Shown: positions 44,993-53,434 of the stretch, piece by piece
Layout of the letters: the number at the start of each line of letters is the position of its first letter
Numbering within the stretch: position 1 is the stretch's first letter
DNA from: Myxococcota bacterium
Lineage (GTDB): Bacteria; Myxococcota_A; UBA9160; UBA4427
Assembly (NCBI GenBank): GCA_965250285.1
Contig: OZ252299.1
Coordinates: 5,600,001-5,664,000, forward strand
DNA length: 64,000 bases
Direction: 5' to 3'
Notes under the pieces: model-generated
What the model was told of the DNA's origin: nothing
Seen by the model: only the letters and a program-made list of their open reading frames with translations
Database searches by the model: none
Made by a program: the position numbers and the translations under genes

Positions 44993-45877
44993 ATGACCCC
45001 CCCGCCGCCCGCGCAGCCCCTCGAAGCGGCCCAGACCGCGCTCTCGCCCGAGCTTCGTGCGAAGGAGGCCCGGCTGCGCGAGCAGCTGGCGGCCGCCGGC
45101 CCGCTCGTGGTCGCGTTCTCGGGGGGCGTCGATTCGAGCTACCTCGCCTGGGTGGCCCACGATGTCCTCGGTCACGACGCGCTTGCCGTCACCGCGCTCT
45201 CGGCTTCGTATCCCGCCCACCACCGCGAGATGGCCGAGCAGATCGCGCGCGACTTCGCGCTGCCCCATCGCTTCGTCGAGACCGACGAGATGACGAACGC
45301 GGCCTACCGCGCGAACGCGCCCGACCGCTGTTACCACTGCAAGACGGCGCTCTTCGAGCGCCTCGATCGGCTCGTTGCCGAAGAGGGGCAGGCCGCCATC
45401 GCGTACGGCGTGAACGCCGACGACGCGAGCGACTTTCGTCCCGGTCACCGCGCGGCTGCCGAGCACCGGGTGCTCTCGCCGCTGCTCGATGCCGGTCTCG
45501 ACAAGGCCGAAGTGCGCGCGCTCTCGCGCGCGGCGGGGCTGCCGACGTGGGATCTGCCCGCCTCGGCGTGTCTGTCTTCGCGGCTGCCCTACGGCACCGA
45601 AGTGACGCCCGAACGCCTGCGTCAGGTCGAAGCGGGTGAGGCCCGGCTGCGCGAGCTCGGTTTCGCGCAGGTGCGACTGCGACACCATGGCGATCTCGCG
45701 CGCGTCGAGATCGCGCCCGAAGAGATGCCCCGAGCCCTCGACGCCGAGATGGCGGAGCGGATCAGCGCCGCGATCAAGCCGCTCGGGTTTCGCTGGGTGA
45801 GCCTCGACCTGGATGGCTACCGCATGGGCTCACTGAACGAAGTGCTCTTCATTCGAAGCGAAGACGCCAAGAGCTGA
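44993..45877 (+). CDS. larE: ATP-dependent sulfur transferase LarE (PP-loop, CXXC-C type)
   Basis: Motifs AFSGGVDS, RCYHCK, DFRPG, SACLSSR, QVRLRHHGDLARVE and GYRMGSLN. Confidence 0.92.
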   Translation: MTPPPPAQPLEAAQTALSPELRAKEARLREQLAAAGPLVVAFSGGVDSSYLAWVAHDVLGHDALAVTALSASYPAHHREMAEQIARDFALPHRFVETDEMTNAAYRANAPDRCYHCKTALFERLDRLVAEEGQAAIAYGVNADDASDFRPGHRAAAEHRVLSPLLDAGLDKAEVRALSRAAGLPTWDLPASACLSSRLPYGTEVTPERLRQVEAGEARLRELGFAQVRLRHHGDLARVEIAPEEMPRALDAEMAERISAAIKPLGFRWVSLDLDGYRMGSLNEVLFIRSEDAKS

Positions 45878-45938
45878 CGCCCGTGCGCGCGTCACCGGGA
45901 GAAGCGTCGGCGCCGTCGCGCGCCGCGCCACGAGGATC

Positions 45939-46844
45939 ATGATCGAGACCTTCGAGTGCACCGGACAGCCCCGAAACATGGGCTCCGATCAGGGACGGGC
46001 GCAGGCGCCGGCGATCCGCCGCTGCGTCGAGGCCGCGGGGTTGCCGCTTCGCCGATCGCGTCTCGCGAACCTGCGCCCCTTCGTGGTCGGGGGCACGCGG
46101 GGCGGCGGCGACGGCCGCGAGCTGATCCGCCACTTCACGCACCTCTCGGAGCGCATCGACGGGATCGCGCGCTTCGCCGACGTCGACGTCGACAGTGTGT
46201 TCGAGCTGCATCTCCGCACCGCCCGGGGCGCGGGCGGCGCAGGCCCGCTCGTCGCCCCGGCGGTCGCCGTCGCGGGGCCAGGGCTCGCCGGGTCGGCCGG
46301 GCTTGGGCTCTCGCGCGGGCTGCCCGTCGAGATCGGCGACGTCGATGCGTACTGCATCCGACGCAGCCGGCCCGAGGTCGGCTTCGCCTCGCTCGAGGTC
46401 ACGCTGCCTTGGCTGGCCTCGTCGCTGGCCGGCGTCAACGCAGCAGGCGTCTGCGTGGCCCTCGCGCCGCTGCGCGCACGACCGCGTGGGCTCGGCGCGG
46501 CCGCACCCTCCTACCTGCTGGTGCAGGAGTGCCTGCAGCGCTTCGAGGATGTCGAAGGCTGCATCGACTGGTGCCTCAAGCGGCCCGTGCTCGGCGACGC
46601 GACGCTCGTGCTCGCCGACGCGCGGGGCGAGACGGCGACGATCGATCTGCAGGGACGCGCGCGGCGGGTCGAGCGCCGTGAGAAGGGCCCGATCGGCGCG
46701 AATGCGACCGGGCCCGTCGAGGCCTCGTCGGCCGATGTCTCGCCCGGCGAGGGCGGCCTCTGCGTCGACCTCGACGCCGACTCGCGACGGCTCACCCTGC
46801 GACGGATCGGGGACGACGCCGAGCGCGTCACGCTCACGCTCTAG
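45939..46844 (+). CDS. Divergent peptidase C45 / Ntn-hydrolase-like protein
   Basis: Segments ERIDGIA, AGVNAAGVCVA and LVLADARG. The expected nucleophile Cys is not evident. Confidence 0.55.
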   Translation: MIETFECTGQPRNMGSDQGRAQAPAIRRCVEAAGLPLRRSRLANLRPFVVGGTRGGGDGRELIRHFTHLSERIDGIARFADVDVDSVFELHLRTARGAGGAGPLVAPAVAVAGPGLAGSAGLGLSRGLPVEIGDVDAYCIRRSRPEVGFASLEVTLPWLASSLAGVNAAGVCVALAPLRARPRGLGAAAPSYLLVQECLQRFEDVEGCIDWCLKRPVLGDATLVLADARGETATIDLQGRARRVERREKGPIGANATGPVEASSADVSPGEGGLCVDLDADSRRLTLRRIGDDAERVTLTL

Positions 46845-46881
46845 TCGAGCGAGCCACTCGGCCCCGGCTTGGCGCCAGCCG

Positions 46882-48282
46882 CTACGGCGGCGCAGGCGCT
46901 TCGGGTTCGTGTCCCGGCGCGTCCTCGCGCGGGCCGCGCCATCCCCGCACCTCTTCGAGCACGGCCTTGGTCAGACGCGTGATCGCCAGCCCCATCAAGA
47001 ACGCGACGCTCGCGCTGCGCAGCACGCGCACCCAGATCGGCCAGTGGGGCTTGGCGAGGAAGCGCCACGTGTCGAGCAGCAGCAGGTGCTCGGTCAGCCA
47101 GGCGTAGAGCCCCCAGATGTAGAGACTGCAGAGCAGCTGCGCCGCGATCGCCAGGGGCCATCCCGCGAAGAACCAGAGCGGCAGCGACCAGGCGAGATAC
47201 TGGAAGGCAAAGAAGTTGGTGAACGCGAGCACGATCGCGTAGCCCTGGGCCACGGTCGCGGCGATCGCGTCGGGCGATCGGTGTCGTCGCCGAAGCCACG
47301 CCCAGGCGATCACGAGCGCCGTGACGATCTGGCCGTCGGCGCGGTAGTAGCCGTTCGCGAGCGTCACGAACGTGCGGCGGGCCGGCGCCGAGAGCGCGTG
47401 GAGCTCTGGATAGAAGACCTGGGGGCCCCAGATCAGGACGCCGCTCGTCGTCTGGATGCGCAGCCCCGAGTAGAGAAACACGGCCTCGATCGTCGCGCGC
47501 GGGTCGACGAGCAGCGCCGGGGCGAAGCCGACGAACGCCGTCGCGCCGAGGGCCGCCGCGAATCGAAAGCGCGCCTGCAGGTCGGGCAGGACGAGAAAGA
47601 GCGCCGGCGCGGCGAGCAGGCCCGGGATCTTGATCGAGGCGCCGAGGCCGAGCGCGACGCCGGCCCAGCCCGGCCGACCGTGGGCGACCGTGACGACCGC
47701 CCAGACCAGCGAACAGGCGACGACCGAGTCGGTATTGCCGTGGTGCGCCGAGAAGACGATCGCGAGGGGCGCGCACCAGTACAGCGCGCCGAGCAGATGC
47801 CGGTGCGCGCGAAACCAGGCGCGCTCACTGGTGGCCGCCAGCGCCACGACACCGAACGCGGTCGCGGCATCGACGAACACGAAGGGCAAGCGCAGCAGGA
47901 GGGGGAAGCTCGGACCGCCGGCCTCGGCGATGCGATGCAGGCCGGTGACCGCAAAGCCGGCGAGCGGCGGATGATTGAAGATGAATTCGCCGCCGCCGTA
48001 GTAGGTCACGAGCCCGAGTCGCTCGATCTCTCGGGCGTGGCCGGCCCACACATCGACGTCGACGGTGCCGGGGCTCCAGCCGACCAGCGCGGCGCGCAGG
48101 CCGAGGCCGATCGCGACGAGCACGCCGATCCCGATCTGCTCACGTGTGAGACCCATCACGTTCGCGGCGCTCGGCGTCGGCGGCTCCGTCGCGGCCTTCG
48201 GCTCGGTCGGCGCCTGGGGCTTGATCGGCGCCTGCGGCTCGGTCGGCGCCTGCGGCTTGGTCGGCGCCTGCGGCTTGGTCAA
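46882..48282 (-). CDS. Polytopic GT-C glycosyltransferase (GT87/PIG-M-like)
   Basis: Motifs GTVDVDVW, FNHPPL, HGNTDSV, SIKIPG and QYLAWSLP. TTG 48282 follows AGGAG. Confidence 0.75.
   Translation of the reverse strand: MTKPQAPTKPQAPTEPQAPIKPQAPTEPKAATEPPTPSAANVMGLTREQIGIGVLVAIGLGLRAALVGWSPGTVDVDVWAGHAREIERLGLVTYYGGGEFIFNHPPLAGFAVTGLHRIAEAGGPSFPLLLRLPFVFVDAATAFGVVALAATSERAWFRAHRHLLGALYWCAPLAIVFSAHHGNTDSVVACSLVWAVVTVAHGRPGWAGVALGLGASIKIPGLLAAPALFLVLPDLQARFRFAAALGATAFVGFAPALLVDPRATIEAVFLYSGLRIQTTSGVLIWGPQVFYPELHALSAPARRTFVTLANGYYRADGQIVTALVIAWAWLRRRHRSPDAIAATVAQGYAIVLAFTNFFAFQYLAWSLPLWFFAGWPLAIAAQLLCSLYIWGLYAWLTEHLLLLDTWRFLAKPHWPIWVRVLRSASVAFLMGLAITRLTKAVLEEVRGWRGPREDAPGHEPEAPAPP
48172..48279 (-). 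repeat. 18-bp coding tandem repeat (TKPQAP-like x6) at the N-terminus of the GT87-like protein
   Basis: Translation TKPQAP TKPQAP TEPQAP IKPQAP TEPKAA TEPPTP. Confidence 0.85.
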
Positions 48283-48424
48283 AGAAAGACGTCTCCTGCC
48301 CGATGGGTTCGACTGGCATCTTCGCGCGACGTGGGGTTCCCTGCGCAGGGCGCATTCCCATGGCACGCCCGAGGCTGGCCCACGCCCGGCGCCCGCCGCG
48401 TGCGATCGGAGCATAGAGAAGCCC

Positions 48425-50599
48425 GTGACGCCCAGGTCGACCGAGCAGACGAGCTTCTGGCTGGGATGCGTGGGCGTCGCGCTCTTCTGGCTCGCGATCG
48501 GCTGGCCGGTCTTCGAGGGCACGGTCTACACCGACTCGGATCTCGGCAACTTCCACCTGCCGATGCGCTTCTTCTACGCCGAAGCGCTCGAGCGGGGCAG
48601 TGACTTTCACTGGTTTCCCTACGCATACAACGGTTTTCACCTCCACGGGGAGGGACAGGCGAGCCTCTATCACCCGCTCAACTGGCTGATCTACCGCTGG
48701 CTGCCGCTCGACGTCGCGTTCGTGCTCGACATCCTGCGAAACTACGTCTTTCTCGCCGTGGGCGCGTTCTTCTTTCTGCGCCGTGTCGAGGTGCGACGCG
48801 ATGCCGCGGTGCTCGGAGCTGGTCTGCTCGCCTTCGGCAGCTTCTCGATGCTGCACTTCATGCATCTGAACGTGATGGCCATCGTGGCGCACCTGCCGTG
48901 GGCGTTGCTCGCGATCGACATCGCCCTGCGATCGAAGCGCAGCGACCATGCGGCGTGGGCCACGGTCGCCGTCGCTGCGTTGACGGCGTCGCAGCTGCTC
49001 TTCGGTCATCCCCAGTTCGTGTGGATGTCTCTGGTCGCCGAGGCGGCCTACGCGCTCTTCGTGCTGCGGCGTGGCGCCGAGCGGCTGCGCTGGGCATGGC
49101 TGCTGGCCGCCACGCTGGTTGCGTTTCCGATGGCGGCGGTGCAGATGATCCCGCAGTGGGAGACGCTGGGGCTGTCCGAGCGAGCCCAGCCCCATGACTT
49201 CTTCGCGTATACCCTCTCGCTGCGACCCGAGAACCTCACGCAGCTCGTCTCGCCGCTCTTCTTTCGCGCGCGCGCCGTCGGCGGTGTCGAGGCGACCGAG
49301 TTCGCGGTCTACTCGGGCTCGCTCGTGCCCGTGCTGCTCGGCTGGATCGTCGTGCGTCGGCGCGCGTTCGGGCGCGCGGGGCCGCTGCTCTACGCCGCGC
49401 TCGGCTTCGCCGCGTTCGGCTTTCTGATGGCGCTCGGCGAGTACGGCCCGATCTACTGGATGCAGGCGAATCTGCCGGTCATCGAGGTGTTCCGAGGCCC
49501 GGCGCGCTATGTGCTGCTCGGGCAGCTCGGGCTCGCCGTCGCCTCTGCGATCGCCTTTGCCGATCTCGCCCGCTTCTGTGAACGCCGCGCGCGCGGCGAG
49601 ACGGCGACAGAAGACGGCGATCTGCGCTGGCTGGCCCTGCCGCTCGGCCTGGCCCTGGTCGTGCTCGTGCTCGGCCTGGCGAACCCGTTCAGCGGGTCGG
49701 TTGCGCGGGCGGTGTCGACGCCCGGCCGACTCGCGATGGGCGTCGTCGGGATCGCGGTCTTCACCGGGCTCGTGTTTCTCGCCGCGCGAGGCGTGCGGTT
49801 CGTGCTGCCCGCGTTGATCGCGCTCGCGCTGCTCGATCTCGGTGTCTACGGCATGACGTGGATGCGCCGCGAGAAGCCGGTCGACCTCGAGCGATTCGTC
49901 GCCCGGCGACGTGTGCCCGAGTGGACCGACCGCTACCGCATGCACTGGGGGCCCCAGGCCCTCTCAATGCGTCACATCCGACTGGCGAACGGCTATGCCG
50001 CGATGGTGCCCGAGCGGCGTCTGCCGCTCGAGGTGGTCGACATCGGCGCGCGCGCGCCTTCGCCCGAGATGTGGGCGGCGCTGCGCATCGCAGGGGTGGG
50101 CTTCGCGTACGGACGCCTGATCGATGATCCGCTGCCGCGGGTGCGCCTCGTTTCGCGGGGCGTGCGCGCCGAGCGGCTGCTCGAGCAGCTTCGCTCGATC
50201 GACCCGCGACGCATGGCGATCGTCGACGGCGACTTCCTGCTCGGGGGCGGACCGCCCGGCGACGTGCTCGTGCTCGATGATCTGCCCGGCGAGCTGCGCG
50301 TCGAGACGAGCGCGCCGACGCGTCAGATCCTCGTCTTCGCCGAGTCGCATCATCCCGGCTGGGTCGCGCGTCTCGACGGCGAGCCCGCCGAGATCCTGCG
50401 CGTGTATGGCGACTTCATGGGGGTGGGCGTGCCGAAGGGCGTCCACGAGATCGAGCTGCGCTTCGAGCCGAGCAGCGTGCGCACCGGACGCCTCGTCTCG
50501 CTCGCTGGCTGCGCCGCGCTCGTGCCGATCTGGTTCGGAGTGCGACGAAGCGGTCGGGGCCGCGATGCAGCGGCCCCTCGAGCGAGTGACTCCGACTAG
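48425..50599 (+). CDS. YfhO-family polytopic membrane protein (GT-C-like glycosyltransferase)
   Basis: Motifs DLGNFHLP, WFPYAYNG, YHPLNW, GHPQ and FRGPARY; C-terminal ESHHPGWVA...GVPKGVHEIELRFEP plus a TM helix. Confidence 0.85.
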   Translation: MTPRSTEQTSFWLGCVGVALFWLAIGWPVFEGTVYTDSDLGNFHLPMRFFYAEALERGSDFHWFPYAYNGFHLHGEGQASLYHPLNWLIYRWLPLDVAFVLDILRNYVFLAVGAFFFLRRVEVRRDAAVLGAGLLAFGSFSMLHFMHLNVMAIVAHLPWALLAIDIALRSKRSDHAAWATVAVAALTASQLLFGHPQFVWMSLVAEAAYALFVLRRGAERLRWAWLLAATLVAFPMAAVQMIPQWETLGLSERAQPHDFFAYTLSLRPENLTQLVSPLFFRARAVGGVEATEFAVYSGSLVPVLLGWIVVRRRAFGRAGPLLYAALGFAAFGFLMALGEYGPIYWMQANLPVIEVFRGPARYVLLGQLGLAVASAIAFADLARFCERRARGETATEDGDLRWLALPLGLALVVLVLGLANPFSGSVARAVSTPGRLAMGVVGIAVFTGLVFLAARGVRFVLPALIALALLDLGVYGMTWMRREKPVDLERFVARRRVPEWTDRYRMHWGPQALSMRHIRLANGYAAMVPERRLPLEVVDIGARAPSPEMWAALRIAGVGFAYGRLIDDPLPRVRLVSRGVRAERLLEQLRSIDPRRMAIVDGDFLLGGGPPGDVLVLDDLPGELRVETSAPTRQILVFAESHHPGWVARLDGEPAEILRVYGDFMGVGVPKGVHEIELRFEPSSVRTGRLVSLAGCAALVPIWFGVRRSGRGRDAAAPRASDSD

Positions 50600-51363
50600 T
50601 CCCGGTCGTGGGCGAACGTGCCGAGGCTGCCCATGAACGACGTCATCCAGCGGCGCGGGGTCACGCGCCCGAGCACCTCGAGCGCGCGATTGCCGAGGCC
50701 CGGGACGACGAGGGGGCCGCGCCGCTTTCGCATCGCGCGCAGCGAGGCGTCGACGACCTTCTCGGGCGGCATCGCGAAGAAATCGAGCAGGCCGAGAAAC
50801 CGCTCGAGCCCGGCGCGCCCGAGAAACCCGGTGCGCGTGACGCCGGGGCAGAGGCCCTGCACGTAGACGCCGCGCCGCTTCGACTGGTACCAGAGCGACT
50901 CGCTGAACGACGCGAGGAAGCACTTCGTTGCGACATAGGTGGGTTGCACCGGCGTCGGCAGCCAGTTGGTGATCGACGAGAGATTGATCAGGGCATCCCC
51001 GGGTCGCGCCTGGGCCAGGTGGGCGTGGGCGAGCCGGATGGCCGCCGCACAGTTGACCGACAGGATCGCGAGCTCGTCCTCGACGTCGGCGTCGGCGAAG
51101 TCGCCGAACAGGCTGTAGCCCGCGTTGTTCACGAGCAGTGCGACCGGCTCGGCGCCCAGGTGATCGGTGCACCGCGTGAGCCCGGCATCGGTGCCGAGGT
51201 CGGCGACGAGCGGCCTGTGGCCTTCACCCGCGAGCTCGGTCATCAGCTCGGCGAGGCGCAGCTCGTTGCGCGCGACCGCCGTGATCGCGTAGCCCTCGCG
51301 CGCGAGTCGCAGCGCAAACGCGCGTCCCAGGCCTTCGCTCGCGCCGGTCACCATGGCTCTCAC
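50596..51363 (-). CDS. Short-chain dehydrogenase/reductase
   Basis: Motifs VTGASEGLG, LVNNAG, YVATK and LCPG. GTG 51363 follows GAGGAG. Confidence 0.93.
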   Translation of the reverse strand: MRAMVTGASEGLGRAFALRLAREGYAITAVARNELRLAELMTELAGEGHRPLVADLGTDAGLTRCTDHLGAEPVALLVNNAGYSLFGDFADADVEDELAILSVNCAAAIRLAHAHLAQARPGDALINLSSITNWLPTPVQPTYVATKCFLASFSESLWYQSKRRGVYVQGLCPGVTRTGFLGRAGLERFLGLLDFFAMPPEKVVDASLRAMRKRRGPLVVPGLGNRALEVLGRVTPRRWMTSFMGSLGTFAHDRD

Positions 51364-51388
51364 GATCGTTTCTCCTCGCCGGCTCGAA

Positions 51389-53434
51389 TCACCGCAGCCG
51401 CCACACTTCGTACACGCCAAAGCGCGCGATCGGCGCGTAGTGCGCGCGGAGATGCGCGTCGAGTCGGGGCAGGGCGCGTCGCACGCGTCGCCCCGCGTCG
51501 TCGTCGACGACGACCACCACCGTCTCGGGCTGGGCGCGCAGGGCGGGGATCCAGCCGCCATCCTCCAGACCCGCGAGCTCGCGCAGCGGCAGCATGTCGA
51601 GCACGGTGTTGTAGATCGCGTAGTCGTGCTCGGGGCGAAGCGGGGGTCGGCCGGTCACGTGGTGGAGCATCGCGTCGCCGCCGATCAGGAGCAGCGGTGC
51701 GGACGGAACCGCGGCGAGGGCGGCGACCAGCGCCTCGACGTCGCCCAGATGGCCGCGTTCGATATCGGCTCGCTTCACGGTGAGCCCCTCGGTGCGTGGC
51801 AGGGCGAGCGCGCGCGCCGGCGCATCGCGCAGGCGCCACGTGCGCAGCGCCACGGGCCAGGCCAGCCAGATCGGGACGATGAGCAGGAGCACCGCCATGG
51901 CGCTGCGTTGCGCGGTCGACGCGCCAGGGGCAAAGCGGCGCCAGGGCTCGTAGAGCACGATGGCGAGGAGCGGCATCCACACGGGCTGCGCGAACCAGGC
52001 GTTGTGCGCCCCGCGCGGGAACACCTGGTAGCAGAGCAGCGCCGAGAAGAAGGCGATCGGCAGCAGGGCGCGCAGGCGCGCGCGTTCGGCCGGATCGGGC
52101 TCGCCGCGTGCGATGCGCGGACCGAAGACCGCGACCGCGCCGAGCACGATGCCGGTGTGTATCACCCAGTCGAAGAGCGAGGCCGACCGCGTGAGCACCG
52201 CCGCGGTGTAGAGACGCGGGTTGGCGTGGGGCACGACGAGCACCGCGAGGGCCATGAGGAGGATGCCGAGGCCCGCCGTCGCCCGCGCCGCCCGGGGCGC
52301 GCGCCGGGCGCTGATGAGAAACGCCCCGGCGATCACGCCACTCGCGCCGATCGCGAACGTCGCGATGCTGGCCCCCGGTGTCATCGCCGGGATCGCGTAG
52401 TTCCGCCGACGCAGGGGGCGCTCGAACATGCCGACGAGCAGGTCATCGAGATGCCCGCTCACGAGATAGAAGAGCGCGACGAGCACGACGGGCACGAGGC
52501 CGCCGATCGCGAAGGGCAGCGCGCGGCTCTGCACGAAGGCGACGAGCGAGGGGCCGCTCGGCTGGCGGACGAGCGCGACGGCGACGCAGGCCATGAGGGC
52601 GTGGATCGGCGCGATGTGCACGAGATACTCGGCCACGCCCAGAAAGCGCGCGCCCGGCACGAAGAGCAGGGCTGCGGCGACTGCCCACGCGATCAGCCAG
52701 CCGGTGCGACTCGCGCCCGCGCCTTCGCGGGGGCGCGCCTCGAGGCCGGCGAGGGGCACCGCGGCGACCGCCAGCGACAGTCCGTAGGCGTTCATCACGC
52801 CGATGTTCTGCTTGAAGAACACCGCGAGCCCGGCCACGACCCCCGCCGCAACGAGCCCTCGGCGGCTCGGCGCGTCGCCTTCGCGCTGCAGCGCCCACGC
52901 GAGCAGCCCGGCGGCGGCGAGGCAGAGCGGGATCGTGAACAGCGCGGCGTGGGGCGCATTCACGTTCATGCTGGCGCGGCCCCAGTACACGATGCCGAGC
53001 AGGCCGACACCGAACGCGACGGGCAGCGGCACGAGCAGGCGCGCCACGCAGAAGCCGAGCACCACGGCCAGCGCCTTCCACACGGCGATCGCCTGGCGCA
53101 CGAAGAGGATCTCGCCGTCGCCCCCGCGTACGAGCGCGCCCAGCACGGCGATGGCGCCCGGACCGTAGTCTTCGACGAAGTCGCGGTGGGGCACCTCGCC
53201 CTGAGCCATGCGATGGCCCAGGCGCAGCAGGTAGCCCTCGTCGGTCATGTGGAAGGTGCGGTCGAGCGTCAGCCCGAACCAGAAGAGGGCGAGGCCGAAG
53301 AGCAGCAGCCCGCTGCCCGGCTCGAGAGGGCGCCGGATCGGGTGGATCGCCGACGTCGGCGGCGCATCGGCGCCGACGCTCGAATCAGCTGCGGTCTCCA
53401 CCTCGAGAGGACGAGGGCGCTCGTCCACCGTCAC
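51389..53434 (-). CDS. Polytopic GT-C-type membrane glycosyltransferase-like protein
   Basis: Motifs TDEGY, PHRDFVEDYGPG and FKQNIG; many TM helices. Confidence 0.7.
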   Translation of the reverse strand: MTVDERPRPLEVETAADSSVGADAPPTSAIHPIRRPLEPGSGLLLFGLALFWFGLTLDRTFHMTDEGYLLRLGHRMAQGEVPHRDFVEDYGPGAIAVLGALVRGGDGEILFVRQAIAVWKALAVVLGFCVARLLVPLPVAFGVGLLGIVYWGRASMNVNAPHAALFTIPLCLAAAGLLAWALQREGDAPSRRGLVAAGVVAGLAVFFKQNIGVMNAYGLSLAVAAVPLAGLEARPREGAGASRTGWLIAWAVAAALLFVPGARFLGVAEYLVHIAPIHALMACVAVALVRQPSGPSLVAFVQSRALPFAIGGLVPVVLVALFYLVSGHLDDLLVGMFERPLRRRNYAIPAMTPGASIATFAIGASGVIAGAFLISARRAPRAARATAGLGILLMALAVLVVPHANPRLYTAAVLTRSASLFDWVIHTGIVLGAVAVFGPRIARGEPDPAERARLRALLPIAFFSALLCYQVFPRGAHNAWFAQPVWMPLLAIVLYEPWRRFAPGASTAQRSAMAVLLLIVPIWLAWPVALRTWRLRDAPARALALPRTEGLTVKRADIERGHLGDVEALVAALAAVPSAPLLLIGGDAMLHHVTGRPPLRPEHDYAIYNTVLDMLPLRELAGLEDGGWIPALRAQPETVVVVVDDDAGRRVRRALPRLDAHLRAHYAPIARFGVYEVWRLR

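Noticed and set aside
43592..45877. ddl next to larE as a D-Ala-D-Lac (vancomycin-resistance-like) module
   Set aside because: The ligase omega loop reads YESKY (Tyr, D-Ala-D-Ala type, not Phe), and no lactate racemase or D-lactate dehydrogenase is adjacent.
6163..53434. Recently acquired genomic island or prophage
   Set aside because: There is no integrase, tRNA or flanking direct repeat, codon style looks like the housekeeping genes, and core genes are interspersed.
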